Source: Antedon mediterranea (Eukaryota; Animalia; Echinodermata). From it: DNA of 64,000 nt. A model generated the notes under the pieces. It had not been told where the DNA came from and ran no database searches. It saw only the letters and a program-made list of their open reading frames with translations. Shown here piece after piece: positions 48,562 through 62,330 of the stretch (positions within the stretch are counted from its first letter, which is position 1; the number at the start of each line of letters is the position of its first letter). Where the stretch lies: NCBI RefSeq assembly GCF_964355755.1, contig NC_092671.1, positions 27,106,070 to 27,170,069 on the forward strand. Reading direction: 5' to 3'. The position numbers and the translations under genes were made by a program.

Positions 48562-49737
48562 CATCATTAGTTTGCATCAAAAATAGGTCTTGAATACCAA
48601 CCAATGGGGTCATAGAGATAGACCATGTGGTGGAATTTACATAGTGCTCAAAACCTTTTATTGAACATATTATTTTTGTAATATAAAAATGATATGTTCA
48701 ATAAAAACTACGTTTCTGCTAAATATGTGCTTCCAAATGCAATGCGGTCAAACATTCAAGATGCGACAGTAGATCAATCTAATAACCTGCATGTGCATTG
48801 TAGTTGTGCATTGTAGTTGTGCATCAACAACCAGTTAAATTCCAACATCCAATTTATTAGGTGCAAATTTAACAGTTATTTTAAGGGTGCAGGAGTGTGT
48901 TTATTATCAGTTCCTTTTTTGTGTAAAATATTGTTCTTTTCGATCATAAAATCAAAGATCAGACAAAATTTACTGCTTTAAAAAAAAGTTAGTTTCATGT
49001 CTTTGATTTATTTATTATTTTTTTACAGAAATTGTCTATTCAGTTTTTAAAAAAATGATCACAATTTTACCAAATGTATTGTTTGTCTCATCCAAAAGAA
49101 GTTTTAATCTGGACATGAAAGTAAAAGGAATTTACAAAATCTAGATCTTTGTTTGTGTACAGGGGAGAAAGTGGTTTTTTTTATGTCTTGTTATATCCAT
49201 TTGACCAATCCACTTGCCTTCTGTTTTATATTGGTCATAGGTCATTCCATTAATACTACTAATGTTATTTTATTTATTTTTATTGAACTTTCTGTTGAAT
49301 AACTATAGATCAAGTAAATAATCACACTTTTATTTGATTTATAACATTCTTTGATGGTTGTTAACATCAACTCTAAACCTCTGTAAATACAACCATATGT
49401 TTTCATTACTAAAGAATGCTTTTTATTATGAAGTTAGGCTTTTACAGTAGCCAGTTACACTTATGATACTATGATGTCAGTATCTAACTATGCTTATTTT
49501 GGACACAATTCAAATCTTTCCTCTAAGACCTATAAATATTGAATACCTACCCTACCTTCCTCACCTTCCTCAAACCTCTAGTTTTAAGTCCAATGAACTA
49601 ACTATTTGAGATGTATTTTAGGCTGGCCATAAAACAGGTTGTTACATTTTGTTGTTCTCTTTACATGTTTTTCTCTGCAAATATAAACAAAAATCCGATA
49701 TCACCATTTCTTACGATCACATTTTCTCCTGATATTT

Positions 49738-50797
49738 GAGGCCTGGCATCACAAAAGCGGCGCAGAGTCGCAACCAGAACTTTTGAGATATTTAGCCTTA
49801 AAGTTCAGAATGTGAAAAACGGCCTAACCTGTCCATTTTAAAATTTCAATAAAAAACGATACTATAAACACTTATCTTTAACATATCAAACTCTTGTTCA
49901 TAAAAAAATATCATAAGTATGTGAGGAAATTGTATTTTTGTTCACTTTCTTAACGCCGCTTTTGTGAACAAGCCGCTAACCCGAATCACGTCATGTTTGG
50001 TACTTATTTGTTTAGAAAATATATCAGCTACCATAATTTTTAACAACATAAGGGATTTTTTTAAATCTAGCCTATGGAAATTGGTTTTATTAAGGTGTTA
50101 GGTTGCTGAAATTTCTAACAAGAATTTGTGAATCCTTGACTGTGATTGGCTATAGAGATAAATTACGCTCTCTAATTGGCTTATGCTTTTGTTTACTATG
50201 AATCAGCATGGCTTCCGCTTCCATTGTAGTTTCTCGAATTCATACGTTTCAACATTTTGTGAATATTTAGGAAGTTAATCTTTATTTTTATCCATATATT
50301 TTTTTTTTAAATAAAAAAAAAAAAATATTATGTACCACACAGTGATGCTATTTTCTTCTCAATAACAGCAAACTAGTCGAAAACAGATAGTCTTGTCACA
50401 TAGATTGGCGGTACTTCATTGTTGATTTTCTCAAAATGAAGATTTCCTGAGCTAGAAAGTGACTCATATGTTTTCATTAATAACTATTCATATAATAAAC
50501 CAATTTTAATAAACAACGGCTCATTATAAAGATAATTCAGATAATATTTATTTAGATAATAATGAATGAATATGTACAAAATAGAAAAAAGATATTAAAG
50601 TGAACATAGATAAAGCAGTAATTGGTAGTCATTATTATCATGGATCCCTTCTAGAAGTTAAAAACTTGTCTCGTAGGGACCCACAACAAAACACATTACT
50701 AAAAAAAGCTTATTAAATACAGATTACAAATACTGTATATAAAAATCTAAAAAATTATTATTTCCGATACTACGCCGATTTTGTGATGCCATGCCTC
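49738..50797. mobile_element. Sola2-like non-autonomous element
   Basis: TIR GAGGC(C/A)TGGCATCACAAAA with GAG..CTC termini and a 4-bp TSD ATTT. Confidence 0.8.
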
Positions 50798-51305
50798 ATT
50801 TATTTATATTTTATGGCAGTTTCAAACAATGTTTCCACTAATGCCCAAAGTGAGGGCTGATTGAGGGCAGCAAATAATTAGTATAATTGTATGTTGACAG
50901 TTTTTGTATAATTGCATCATAGTTTGTTAAGAAAAGCACTTTGAAAACAACACGGGCACAAGTTTTTTTAATCATTGTCCTGCATCTCCTGCAAATTTCC
51001 GGAAGTGGCCATATTGATTCTTGTCACACATGAAATACAGAGAAATGCGAGACAAACATTTGTAAAAATCTTTAAAAAATGTAAGCTGAGTGGAAAGTGC
51101 GAGTTGCAAGTTGAAACTAAAAAAAAAAATTTCATCTTCTCCTACACATACACAATTCAAGGTGGAGATTCTTTTTAAATGTTTATTTATCGTTTTTAAA
51201 ACTTAGAGTTAGGACTAGGTTGTGATCAGGATAAAAAATATGGTACTGCATTTTTTTGTAAACTAACTAGAAATTTTTCATTATAAATAGTTCTAAATGT
51301 GACCT

Positions 51306-51819
51306 AATAGGGAGGTTTCGCAACCTTACGAATACGATAACGAAAACGGATATGTCACACATTTGTGAAACTTTTGAGCTGATCCCCATTTCATATTTCG
51401 TAAAGCGTATTCGTGTTGACGAATATCACCAGTCATATTCGTAACTACAAAACGAGTACGGTATAGTTTTTGATCTATTTTGCAAATTTATTTTACACAT
51501 GTATTTGAATCAGGAATGATTCATGATTATAATATAATTATAGATTTATTGAATATAATTACTAAAATGCCAGGTCAATTTTGATAAATAGAATTTTTTT
51601 AAGTCCTCACTCGCTTTGATGTTACGCTAGGCCTAGGCAGCCAAGCACCAAGCAACATCGTACCTGCGCTTCACTCACATTTATCGCAGTCATATTTTGG
51701 ACGGCGCTTAATATTTCGTTGCCATGAGAAACATATTTTTACTTACTTACGAAAACGAATACGTGCGTGACGTATCCGTTTTCATTATCGTATTCATAAG
51801 ATTGCGAAACCTCTCTATT
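51306..51819. mobile_element. MITE with ~45-bp TIRs and 9-bp TSD
   Basis: TIR AATAGRGAGGTTTCGCAAYCTTAYGAATACGATAAYGAAAACGGATA, TSD ATGTGACCT (51297-305 and 51820-28). Confidence 0.85.
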
Positions 51820-52376
51820 ATGTGACCTAAATGTCTTATATATCTGAAGGATTTATAAGATGAATGTTGGCAGCTTTCAATTGTAAGAACTAGTTCTGTG
51901 AGAGAACTCAAACATGAAACTAGGTGAAAAAGAATTGTGTGTCAACTTGCAACATGAACAAATTGACTGTATTTACCAACTGTGTACTGCTCATTTAAAA
52001 GTCTTGGTTACTCAATAACCTATCAACATACTTGTCAGTTAAAGTTTGATCATTTTGTCGGAGAGCGTAGGCCAAACAGTTACTCCCCAGGAGTTCCTCA
52101 GTTCTAAAATGGCATACGCCATTCACACTTACAACATAACACACGTTTACTATCTCCTGGGATAATCTTACCAAGTAAAATAATTAGGTAAATATGCGCA
52201 TATGTTGTATTGATGTAATCAGTACAGGCCTATAAAGATTTACCGACATTACACACATTCATACCAAAGGTGATAATTTGTAATTACTATATGTAAAAAT
52301 CGTTCATTTGTGAATCAGTATTGGATTAATATCATTTCTAAGACAGAATTGGTATTCAATTTATTTATTTTTTCAG

Positions 52377-52607
52377 CAATCATATAAACAACCACCGACC
52401 TCACCGAATGGCAGCGCATTTGGTGATGTCTTTTCGGATGATGATCAACTTGTACAAGAAACTTTTGAGTTTGAGGGCAGCAGCTGCAGCGAAATCACCT
52501 CGCCTCTGACATCTGAACCAGAGGTCATTGCCCTCAAGTTAAAGTTGAAAGAAACCGAATATAAGAATGCAGTACATGAGGCAGAAATTGCTAAGCTTAA
52601 AATTCAG
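52377..52607 (+). CDS. PPP1R9A: Neurabin/spinophilin exon, acidic linker and start of coiled coil
   Basis: TTTTTTCAG / GTAATG, 77 codons, phase 0 to 0. QSYKQPPTSPNG..QETFEFEG..LKLKLKETEYKNAVHEAEIAKLKIQ resembles the neurabin K..E...K.AV.EAEI.KLK segment. Confidence 0.92.
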
Positions 52608-52960
52608 GTAATGTATTAATTCTATGCATATAAATCATCATCATTAGCTCTGGCTAGCATTTTTTGAAAACATATGTTTTACTTTGGTTGTTTACCTTAT
52701 TTTGAGTTAGCTTTGGTAGGTATTTCCCGTAGGTAGTTTAAGAGATAATATTGGTTTGAATCGTAATTTACTTGATTTATAATTGTTATACGAAACAATT
52801 CTAAGTACATTTTGAATTTTGAAAAAAATAGATTTCAAAATTATAGCCAAAAAACTGCAAATAGAAGTAGGGAAGGATAGGATTGATAATGGGATGAAAT
52901 CTTATCTTGTAATAATATATCTTCTAGCAACACCTACAGTAATAGCTCCAAAATCATTAA

Positions 52961-53262
52961 AGATGTATTGTCCCCCAAAAACATGAAACATGAAGATTAA
53001 TAAAATCAGACTTTAAATTGACCATTTTTGCAATTTTAATAAAGTTATTCAGTTCTGTAAAAAAAAAACCCAAAAAATATAATTTCACTTATAAAAAGAC
53101 AAAAGAAATAGTTAATTTTAACCAAAAACCATTGTCTAACAGATAAATAATTTTTTTTGCGATTTGTTTGGTCAAAGTGAATAACTATTACATGACATTA
53201 AAATGGCATAATCAACAAAACATTTCAACAACAAAAAACATTTTTCGAGGCACAATATATCT
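52961..53262. mobile_element. Kolobok-like MITE (inverted copy of 7922-8213)
   Basis: TTAA flanks, AGATGTATTGTCCCCC start, degenerate right TIR. Confidence 0.7.
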
Positions 53263-53495
53263 TTAAATGAAAAATCAAAAAAATCTTTTCAGTTCTATTT
53301 AATGAACTTTATTTCTCATTCTCAAAACATTAAAAGCATCAGGATGAAATGTATCCCAGATGATGTTTATGAACATACTCAAAATTACATTATCATTCAA
53401 TTACCTTACAATGTAATCTACTTTATTTTATGGAAATTAGGATAGAAACATGTGCATGTGTAGCCACATTAATGCATATGAGATTTTTTTATGTA

Positions 53496-53965
53496 CAGTA
53501 GAACCTTCATTTTACGTACGGTTCGGACCGATAGGCATGCGTAAAACATGGGATTCGTAAAATCTAGGTTGGCCTATTTTTTAACTCCGAATACGTAGAT
53601 CGTAGCTAAAAAGGCTGCCGTGTTTGCCTACTTTACTGTACATCATGCAGGTGGCCAGGCTTACAGGCGTAGCAAGATGGCCTAACTAAAAAGGTACAGT
53701 ATATACAGGCTGTGCGATAATAAAGTGTAAATTAAAATATCCATGTATTTTCAATTAATAAAAATAGTCGCTGCTGTATAAGTGTAGGGGGAATGCATGT
53801 ATGTAGCTCTCTCACATAGCAAAGTTCCTCACACAGCCATGGCTTTGTGCTTTGTTGTTAAATTGCGCTCTCAATGTAAGAAAATGATGACGTCATTGGT
53901 TATTTTAAGCGTACGTAAAATCCAAGGAACGTAAAATCAGGGTACGTAAAACATAGGTTCTACTG
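53496..53965. mobile_element. Tc1/pogo (Tigger-type) MITE
   Basis: TIR CAGTAGAACCT..TTTTACGTAC, TA TSD, CGTAAAA subterminal repeats. Confidence 0.82.
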
Positions 53966-54251
53966 TACATGAATTGTCTATCGCTACTTTTTGCCTTGAT
54001 AGCAATAAGGCACACTAAATTATTTCTGTTAATAGATAGCCTAATGGAAACTTTTAAACTGTATTACAATTTGGTAATACATTCCCTCTCTCTAGCCTAT
54101 AAGGTCCATTTTAACCCCTTTTCTGTCCTCCTGAGTGATTTTGAAATTGCACTGAATTATAAAATTGTTTTTTCTATTGTCTATTTATATTATTTTGTCT
54201 GTTAACACGTTTATTTGTCCTTTATGGCATCAGTAGCGAATACAATTGAAA

Positions 54252-55546
54252 CTAGAACTTAAACTCGTCACTTGAGGACGAGTTTGGTTATCCGCCAGCA
54301 ACAAAACGTATCTTGCGCATTCAAGTACTTTTCAGTTATGACTTTTCCAAAAAGTAGCCAATTCAAAATTGAAACTGCCCTTTCAGTGTAATAACCAAAC
54401 AAATCCTTTTATTTAATTATTTTCCCGTGATGAGATTCGAACCCGGTACCTCTGATACCAAAGTCGGTTGCACTACACATCGAGCCATATGAGCACCTGC
54501 TGAAGAAAATCCGAAGAAAGAGTCCTCGTTCCTTCGGTATGTCGTGAACCCCTCGATGCAAGTTGATTATTACATATCGAACTTAAATCATAATTTTTAC
54601 TATGATGAAATCTTCACAAATTTTAAACAGTTACATATTATGAAAGTGCATACTTTTAAGTTTTATATATTAACATGTAAAGAAAAAAGATAAACGTTAT
54701 GTTTATTGTTTTGCTCTTTGAATATGTTTATGTTTGTTTGATGATAATTATTTCAAAAATTACATTTAATAAGCAAATAATGTAGCCATCAAACATTTTT
54801 TAACATTCAAGACTATAATAAATCACACCTATGATTCATACACTGCAAGAAAATAAAATAAAAAATAGGGGTAACCTGGCGTTCTGATGAACTGTATCAT
54901 TTTTAAAAGTAGACATATTTTGCAACATTTTCACATTTTTTTACGTTTTACGTGCGCAACCGGTCAAGTTTAACGTGCTCGTAGAACGCCATTTCAAGTT
55001 GAAACGTGAATAAAATAACGTAAAATTGTTAACCGAAGTTAGAAAAACACAATTTATGCAAAAGAAAGGCTCATACGCGTTCCCTGCGCCGTGCGCGCGT
55101 AAAAATGTGAGCACCAGTGGCAATTTTTTAACGCTTAAAATGACTTGAATCGCGTAGAAAGTTGATTAGAAATTTATTTTTCGCATTATGAAATTTTAAA
55201 CGCGCGTGCTTTCCATAGAAAGTTTGCGCATGATATGACTTGAATTTTCACAAAGTTTCAATACAAAATTACTTTTAGTTTTTATTCTATGATCAATCAT
55301 TGAAATTCATAAAATCATGCGTAACTTGCGCTGCGCAACTCGGACGTGACCGAAAACCTTATTACGACATCTTCAGATAGAGGTCAATCTTCTGATAAAG
55401 TTATACAATGTTATGTTAAGAAGATTTAGAGATACACTAGCAACAAAATTCGTGGAAAGAAAGAAGAATATAGAAAAAAAAAAAAAGAAAAAAAAAAAAA
55501 GATCCTGAAAATAACAAGGGGTTATCCGCTTGAGGCGGATAACCAA
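54252..55546 (-). mobile_element. Helentron/HINE-like element, variant subfamily
   Basis: CTAG end and hairpin at 54252-54285. subTIR variant TTGGTTATCCGCC / GGCGGATAACCAA at both ends. Body matches 2800-3400 in reverse. Confidence 0.75.
54424..54495 (-). other. tRNA-like segment (pseudo-tRNA or SINE head) inside the HINE
   Basis: Minus strand TGGCTCGATGTG (A-box-like) .. GGGTTCGAATCTC (B box). The stems are imperfect, so it is not called a functional tRNA. Confidence 0.55.
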
Positions 55547-55927
55547 TTAAACTCGAATACTGGATGTACTGTACTTGTCCAACTGGCTAATTTGCAAAAA
55601 CTCTGGATTTCCCAATGTGTGTAATGGAAAAAAAAATTGGGAATTTTGGATTAAGAAAAATCTGGGTTTGTTTTTTTTTTTTTAAGATTTTACAGTTTTT
55701 AATTATTATATTTTAATTAAAATTCAAACACATAAAAAACCCATGCCTTCTTAACTAAACTACGTAAACTAGTCGGGGTTTTTTTTTGGTATGATCTAAT
55801 CTAGACCAAACCAGGAATTTATTTAATTTCGTCACAACAAAATTACAGAAATATTATAGAAAATAATATCTGCGAAATTGGAAAAAAGACAGAATTAGAT
55901 ACATTACCATTTTCTGTATAATAAGTA

Positions 55928-56760
55928 CCGTATATTTCGGTGTATAAGTCGCACTTTTGACCTCTAAATTAAGGGTGCGTCTTATACACCGAACATATGC
56001 CTCGCCACACAGATTGTACATATCGTCACCTTGTTGGCTAGGCCTGAGTAGGCTAGGCCTCTTATAGCTACAGTGTACTAACGTAACGGCAACCTGCCTC
56101 TGCCTAGTTTTCAAGGCATTTTAGCGTGATGTTATACTAAATATGATGAAAAGATTTGTTCATTATAGAGCTGTTTTAGGCGCTCCGATAAAATTTCATT
56201 TGTAAACGTTTACGATTGGAATAGGCTAGTATTTATTTATAGTTATACGCACGATTGCCGACCACCGTACCCCCAGCGCAAGCCCTTCTTGGCGGCCACA
56301 TGGTGTACGGTATTCGACTAGTATATTCTCCAGTTGATTATAGCATGGACCTAGCGTACACACTTCTTGGATACATAGATACTAATCGAATACGATTGTC
56401 CGTGAAAACGTGCGCCCTCTCGAAATGATCGAGCGAGGCTAGCCCACACACGTGCGTGTTACACACACGGTCATGCACTCGATGTTGCGGGTACGAAACT
56501 CATGAATAACAAGTTAGACAGAACTTGTTGAGGCTGGGCGCGGCCGAGCCTAGGTAAGAAAAAAGCTAAATAAAGAACGCCGTTGTAGATTAACAAAATA
56601 TATTATTACAATACTATTGATTACAATTTAAAAAAACATTGTTTTGATGAAAATATAAAGTGCGTCTTATACATCGACGATATAAATAATACCGATATTT
56701 TACTCTCAGTTAGGGGGTGCGTCTTATACACAGGTGCGACTTATACACCAAAATATACGG
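55928..56760. mobile_element. Tc1/pogo MITE (CCGTA family)
   Basis: TIR CCGTATATTTYGGTGTATAAGTCGCAC, TA TSD. Confidence 0.88.
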
Positions 56761-56859
56761 TACTGTATATGATACAGGGAAAAATGCCACCAAACAATTG
56801 CGATTAGCAATAACGCCTGACCAATCTGAATTTGTATATAATAGTAGTATATAAAACAT

Positions 56860-57230
56860 AGTTTTGTACTGCATTTTTATACCATTTTCTTCGACACTGA
56901 AAAATGATCACTAACATTGATGATATATGATTGTGAAATAATCTCTTTTCACAAGTGGGACGTTGAAATTGTTTACCAGGAAAGAAGTAACTAGTAAGAA
57001 TGCATTGAGGTTTTTCAGATTAGAACGGGAAAATGATAACGACGCAACCATCATAATATACAGTAGCTCATTTTGCGATACCATTTTTGTTTACACTGAA
57101 AAATGTTCACTGACATTGATGGAACATGATGGAGAAATAATCTCCTTCACAAGTGGGACTTTCAAATTGTTTACCGAGAAAGAAGTAACTAGTAAGAATG
57201 CATTTAGGTTTTTCAGATTAGAACCCAAAT
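56860..57230. repeat. Two-copy ~199-bp tandem duplication
   Basis: CCATTTT..ACACTGAAAAATG..AAAGAAGTAACTAGTAAGAATGCATT..TCAGATTAGAAC at 56882 and 57081. Confidence 0.8.
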
Positions 57231-58340
57231 TATAATATTACTCGCTTCGCTATTCTTGGGTTTCTAACTATTCAATCCTGGCGACATGGCGTGATAAAAA
57301 TCGTGTTCTGGACAAAGTGTTTACATCCATAATAAATGATGTAGTTAAATTATCAGTGTGAATTAGTGCTTAAACAGGACATATATTGTAATCAGAGCTT
57401 GATATCAATACCTACCTACTAAAATTGCCCTGATAAACAATAGTTTATTATAAACAAATCTAAATTGCACTGAATTGTTTATATTTTAAGCACTTATGAT
57501 ATTGATATTGCTATAATATTCCACCAAATTGTAACATTATGCACTGAGGAAAAGTTTATTTTGGCCAAATGTCAAAGCTGTAAAATTGACTACTGATAAA
57601 AAAAAAAGTCGAAAGTGACAACAATAACTAGATTTGAACTCGTCACTTTGACGAGTTAGTTATCCGCACGACAAACGCCACGCGCACGTCATACGTTGGA
57701 ATTTTGCACACGGAAAAAGATTATGGCATTATGACCTGAACTGAAGAATATCATATGCTGTTAGTGCTGAATTCTGTCAATTTTGTGTCATATAGTATAT
57801 ACAGTGCAAACGGTATAATCTGTATACATGTTACATACAGTGTAGAATAGGTGAAATTACGAGACCCCCCGTTTATTCTTATTTTTAACATGGCGACGGT
57901 ATCAAAATGAAACACTAAGATAGCAATTTCGGAAGGACATTATCTCAGCAACCACATCTCTGAATCCTCCAAATACGTGCCCCACACAGTACAAAAGGCT
58001 ATTCGTAAATTGAAAAATTCGTAAACTCGTTCTTGAATAACTCGATACATTCTTTGCTGTATGAGCGTACGTCGAGCGATACGTGTCTGTAAATTACCAA
58101 GAGTTGCAAATGAATTGCCGATCCTGGTTCAGACCTATGGAGTTGTACGCCGCGTACAATACGAAAGGAAAACGCCGCAGGTCTGAACCTTGAAATCCCT
58201 GGATGTAACATAATATTGACGCGTGTATCGTACTCATACAGTGAGCTGGTGCACGAACGATTCATACAAAGGACACCGCCAGACAAACGCGTACCTACTG
58301 TTTAGATCACGGCAGTCAGCATGCATAAAGTAGGCCTATT

Positions 58341-58837
58341 CCGTAAATCTTCTAATTGTAACCCTGGGTTCTTTGATTGTTTTTTAAGGGTGGGTAACTA
58401 TTAGAAGGGGGATTACTATTAGAGTAGTGGGTTACTATTAGAGTAGTGGGTTACTATTCATCTTAAATTAGGCACTTGAAAATAGTAACCCACCTCAACT
58501 ATTCCGGTCAGCAAATCATAGCAAAATAATAAAACAGTACGAATAAACAAATTTGTTTGAACTCTAACTTTATTTTATAAACTCAAAAACACTCAATCCT
58601 CCCCACTCTCGAGATCAACATGCATTATCTCCTTATTTTCAAAATACGGCTGCATCATAAACGACCAGTCTTCAATTAATAATGTAATTTTGTCAATAGT
58701 TTTTGTCACTCTAATATTAACCCCATGTGGGTTACTATTAGAGTAGTGGATTATTATTATAAATTGACTTATAAGGTGGGTTACTATTAGAAGGAAGGTT
58801 ACTATTAGAGTGTGGGTTACTATTAGAAGATTTACGG
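58341..58837. mobile_element. Tc1/pogo MITE (CCGTA family)
   Basis: TIR CCGTAAATCTTCTAATWGTAACCC with internal GGGTTACTATTAGA repeats. Confidence 0.8.
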
Positions 58838-58962
58838 TATAGCCTTCCGACGGACATAAAAAATGTGTGGCTATGAAGTAAAGTACGTGTATCAACATCA
58901 TAGTGGATTATAGTGAATATTAATATATTACACTAGTAATATATTAATATATTATACTAGTA

Positions 58963-59629
58963 CCGTACTGACGCGGGTATAAGCCCACCCCCCTTGAACA
59001 TGAAATAACGTCAAGTTTGGGGGGTGGGCTTATACCCGAGGATCCAAAAATGCCGATCGTCAAAAACAGCACATGTACACTGTGTATTCCACCATGCGAG
59101 CGAGCGCCCTCACGTGTACGACGTTGCCTCTAAATACACGAGGTGTAGAGTGTCTGAAAATTAAGCTTATAGTTCGTGTAATTTATCGTAGAATATCTTA
59201 TTTTAAACATCAATTGAACAAGAATTTATCAAGCAAAAAAGCAAGTATACAATGTTCGTTACATAGAAATGTACCAAAGAAATTTAATAAGCTTGTTTAT
59301 GGCAGCCGATACCAAATAGTGGTTTTCCGTTTTGGCGACTTGTAGCGTCGTGTGTGAAGCGATCATCGACCGCGATGGAGTGTAAACAAAACAGGACCGC
59401 TAGGCCTGATATGGCCTAGCGTATATTAGCCTAGCTTGGTTATGATCAAAGGTAGGTGTATTCGGTGTATGGACGTCGCCAAATACAAAATAATGTATTA
59501 CGACACACACTGTAGATCTTCGAATTAATGGGTGGGCTTATACCCGAGTGCCTAATTTTTCATGAAAATTAGTCAAAAGTTGGGGGTGGGCTTATACCCG
59601 AGTATGGGCTTATACCCGCGTCAGTACGG
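58963..59629. mobile_element. Tc1/pogo MITE (CCGTA family)
   Basis: Perfect 25-bp TIR CCGTACTGACGCGGGTATAAGCCCA, TA TSD. Confidence 0.88.
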
Positions 59630-59639
59630 TAATATATTA

Positions 59640-60691
59640 ATTTATATAACACCTAAATAAATTCCTGTCATTTGATTGGATGATTGTGGGTCACATGGCA
59701 TGCAATAGTACGCACTATTAAACGATTGTTTAATAGTACTTTTCGAAACATTTTTGTGTACGAAAAAAAAGTCTCGCGGATGAAAAAAAATCTAGTACAC
59801 AAATTATCCTATGATATGGCCGGCTCTGTACTGTGAAATACAACAGCGCCACCTGTCGTCTGGCCTCAGTTTCGTTTTCTTTTAAACATTTGTGTACGAA
59901 AAAAAAAAACGTTTCGCGGATAAAAAAAATCTAGTACACAAATTACCCTATGATATGGCTCTGTACTGTGAAATACAACAGCGCCACCTGTCGTCTGGTC
60001 TCGGTTTCATTTGTAAACACCACCGCGAGATATGCAACAGCAGCAGATATTTGTGTACGATTTGGACATATATGTACTAATTTCATTCAAAAAGGCGTTT
60101 AAATTAGCTTTAGATCGTTTTTAGGATTTTGATTAATTAATGGGGACATCCCTACAAGACGTGGAATTGTTGGAAAAACCATAATTAGCCTAGATAAGTT
60201 CCAATTGTCTGTCGAAGTTTTGCCTTTCAGCCAAGCTAGTACTAGTAGGCTACTAGGTCTAGCCTAGGCCATGCTAGTATTAGGCTAGGCCTAGCCTAGG
60301 CGTTTTAGCCTTGCTAGGCCTAGGATTGTTTGTTTGGTTGTTTGTTGACATAATTAACACAAAAGTAGGTGTGTTTACGAAATCCATATAAATATAACAT
60401 TTAATATAAAATTATTAAAAACCAAATGTTACTGTTTTTAATCAATGTGAATGAAATGTAGTAGGCTTTGGCTAGGGCTACCTTTTATTTGATTCAAATG
60501 ACAAGAATTTATTTAGATGTTATATAAAACAAATAATGAATGTTTATGAGTGTAATGGTACAAATAATGGCACTTGGTGAATGATGAAAGGTTATATTTC
60601 AACTCGGCTGCCTCGTTGAAATATAACCTTTCATCATTCACCTCGTGCCATTATTGTACCATTACACTCATAAACATTCATTATTTGTATA
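59640..60691. mobile_element. Crypton-like non-autonomous element with long terminal hairpin
   Basis: No TIR pair. A CATTTGATTGG motif sits near one end and a hairpin with ~75-bp arms (60520-60691) at the other. A second copy lies at 7190-7620. The Crypton label is recalled from similar families. Confidence 0.55.
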
Positions 60692-62330
60692 ATATTACAC
60701 TATAATATCTATGGTATCATGTACTGTAGTTTACATTATAGCATCTGTATCAATATCATCTATTTACATTGATTAACATTTAATTTCCTCAACAAATAAT
60801 TTGTAAAATAAGATACTATAATGTAAACTACAATACATGATACCATAGATATTATAGTGTAATATATTAATATATTACTAGTGTAATATATTAATATATT
60901 ACTAGTGTAATTGCTGTAAATAAATATAGGTAGAGCTATAATAAACATTGAATTTGCCTTCTCACACAAAGTTCATATTGAACTTGAAAGCAAAACAAAA
61001 TACAGAGTGAATGATCATAACAATCGGCGATTAAATAGTCCACGTGTGTGAGGAGGAGAAAAAAAGTATGAATATGATCGTTTTGTTCAATGGTAGCATG
61101 CTGCATGAGAGTGTCTTTTCCGACCAATTACAGGTGCCATTTATCATGAATGTTATGTGCGAGAGTACCATTTCCGGCCATCTAGGGATGTCATTTAACA
61201 AAATTTCCTCCCCACAGGGCGGGGCAGTGTCCCAAATACTTAGTGTCCGAACCCCCCTTGACAGATCCTGGCTACGGCCCTGAACCACATATTACCGTGT
61301 AGGAGAAATTTGAAAACGTACAATATAGATGCGCGCCCTTTTAAATGTGATGAACTATTACGCAAAATATGAAAATACGCCTTTTTTTATTCAACTGGCC
61401 AAATGATGACGTCACAACATCCGATTGGCAAAATGTTTACATGAATTCGTATCTACAATCCAATAGCTTCCAGAAAACGTTTTAATCATGATTATCACGT
61501 TTTATTCTGACGAGCTATAACAGATTGAAATTTACTGTAAAGATGAAAATAAGTGACCCACGTTATTTTCATTTTTAGACATGATGACGTCATAAAAATT
61601 AAATATTTTTAACTCATGCGAAAGATAGTTAATTGACCTAGACAGTTTTGAAATATCTGAGGAAATGGAATACGTATAAGCGAGATGCGCTCTATTTAAT
61701 GTGATGAGCTATGATGAAAGATACAAAAATCCTATATTTTATATTCGTGTGGCCATACGATGACATCACAATCAGTCGCCATATCAATGCATGATTCCAT
61801 ATCTACAACTTCTTCCAGAATATGTAATAAAAATAACTTTCTCCGTTTAGTTTAGAAACTACGACTGTTTAAAAAAAGGCATAATTTTGACGATTTTTTG
61901 AACTTTTTCATCAAAAACGTGCAAAAATTGTACAATTCAACGTGCTCGTATGACGTAATTTGAAGTCGAAATTGTTAAAAAGTTGGTAAAATTACTAGAA
62001 AAGGCTGAAAAAACATAAATCACGCGTAACTTTGTGTAAAACACTCAATTTTTTTTCAACAAAAAGTTAGCGCATGATATAAATTAAACTTTTGCAAAGT
62101 TTCAATTTAATATGTTATTTGGTTTTTGACCTATGTTAAATACGCGAAATTCATAAAATCGTGCGTAAGTCACGTTGCGCATTTCTGACGTCATTCACAA
62201 TAGGAGGTACACAATTTCACGTAAATGCCCACATGTTGACAAAGTTATAAAATGTTATGTTTACAAGTTTTTGAGATACATGTGACACATAAATGACAGA
62301 AAGAAAGAAGAATAATACAGAAAAAAAAAA

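Larger units (their letters stand above)
57958..61282. mobile_element. 3.3-kb composite insertion with 8-bp TSD and a single hAT-like terminus
   Basis: AACCACAT at 57950-57 and 61283-90. The right end is the reverse complement of CAGGGCCGTAGCCAGGAT; no matching left TIR. Confidence 0.65.

Noticed and set aside
54424-54495. Functional tRNA gene
   Set aside because: Acceptor and anticodon stems do not pair properly, and it is embedded in a repeat.
57999-58286. 95-aa minus-strand ORF as a transposase fragment
   Set aside because: No motif I can recognise in the minus-strand frames I translated; non-ATG start.
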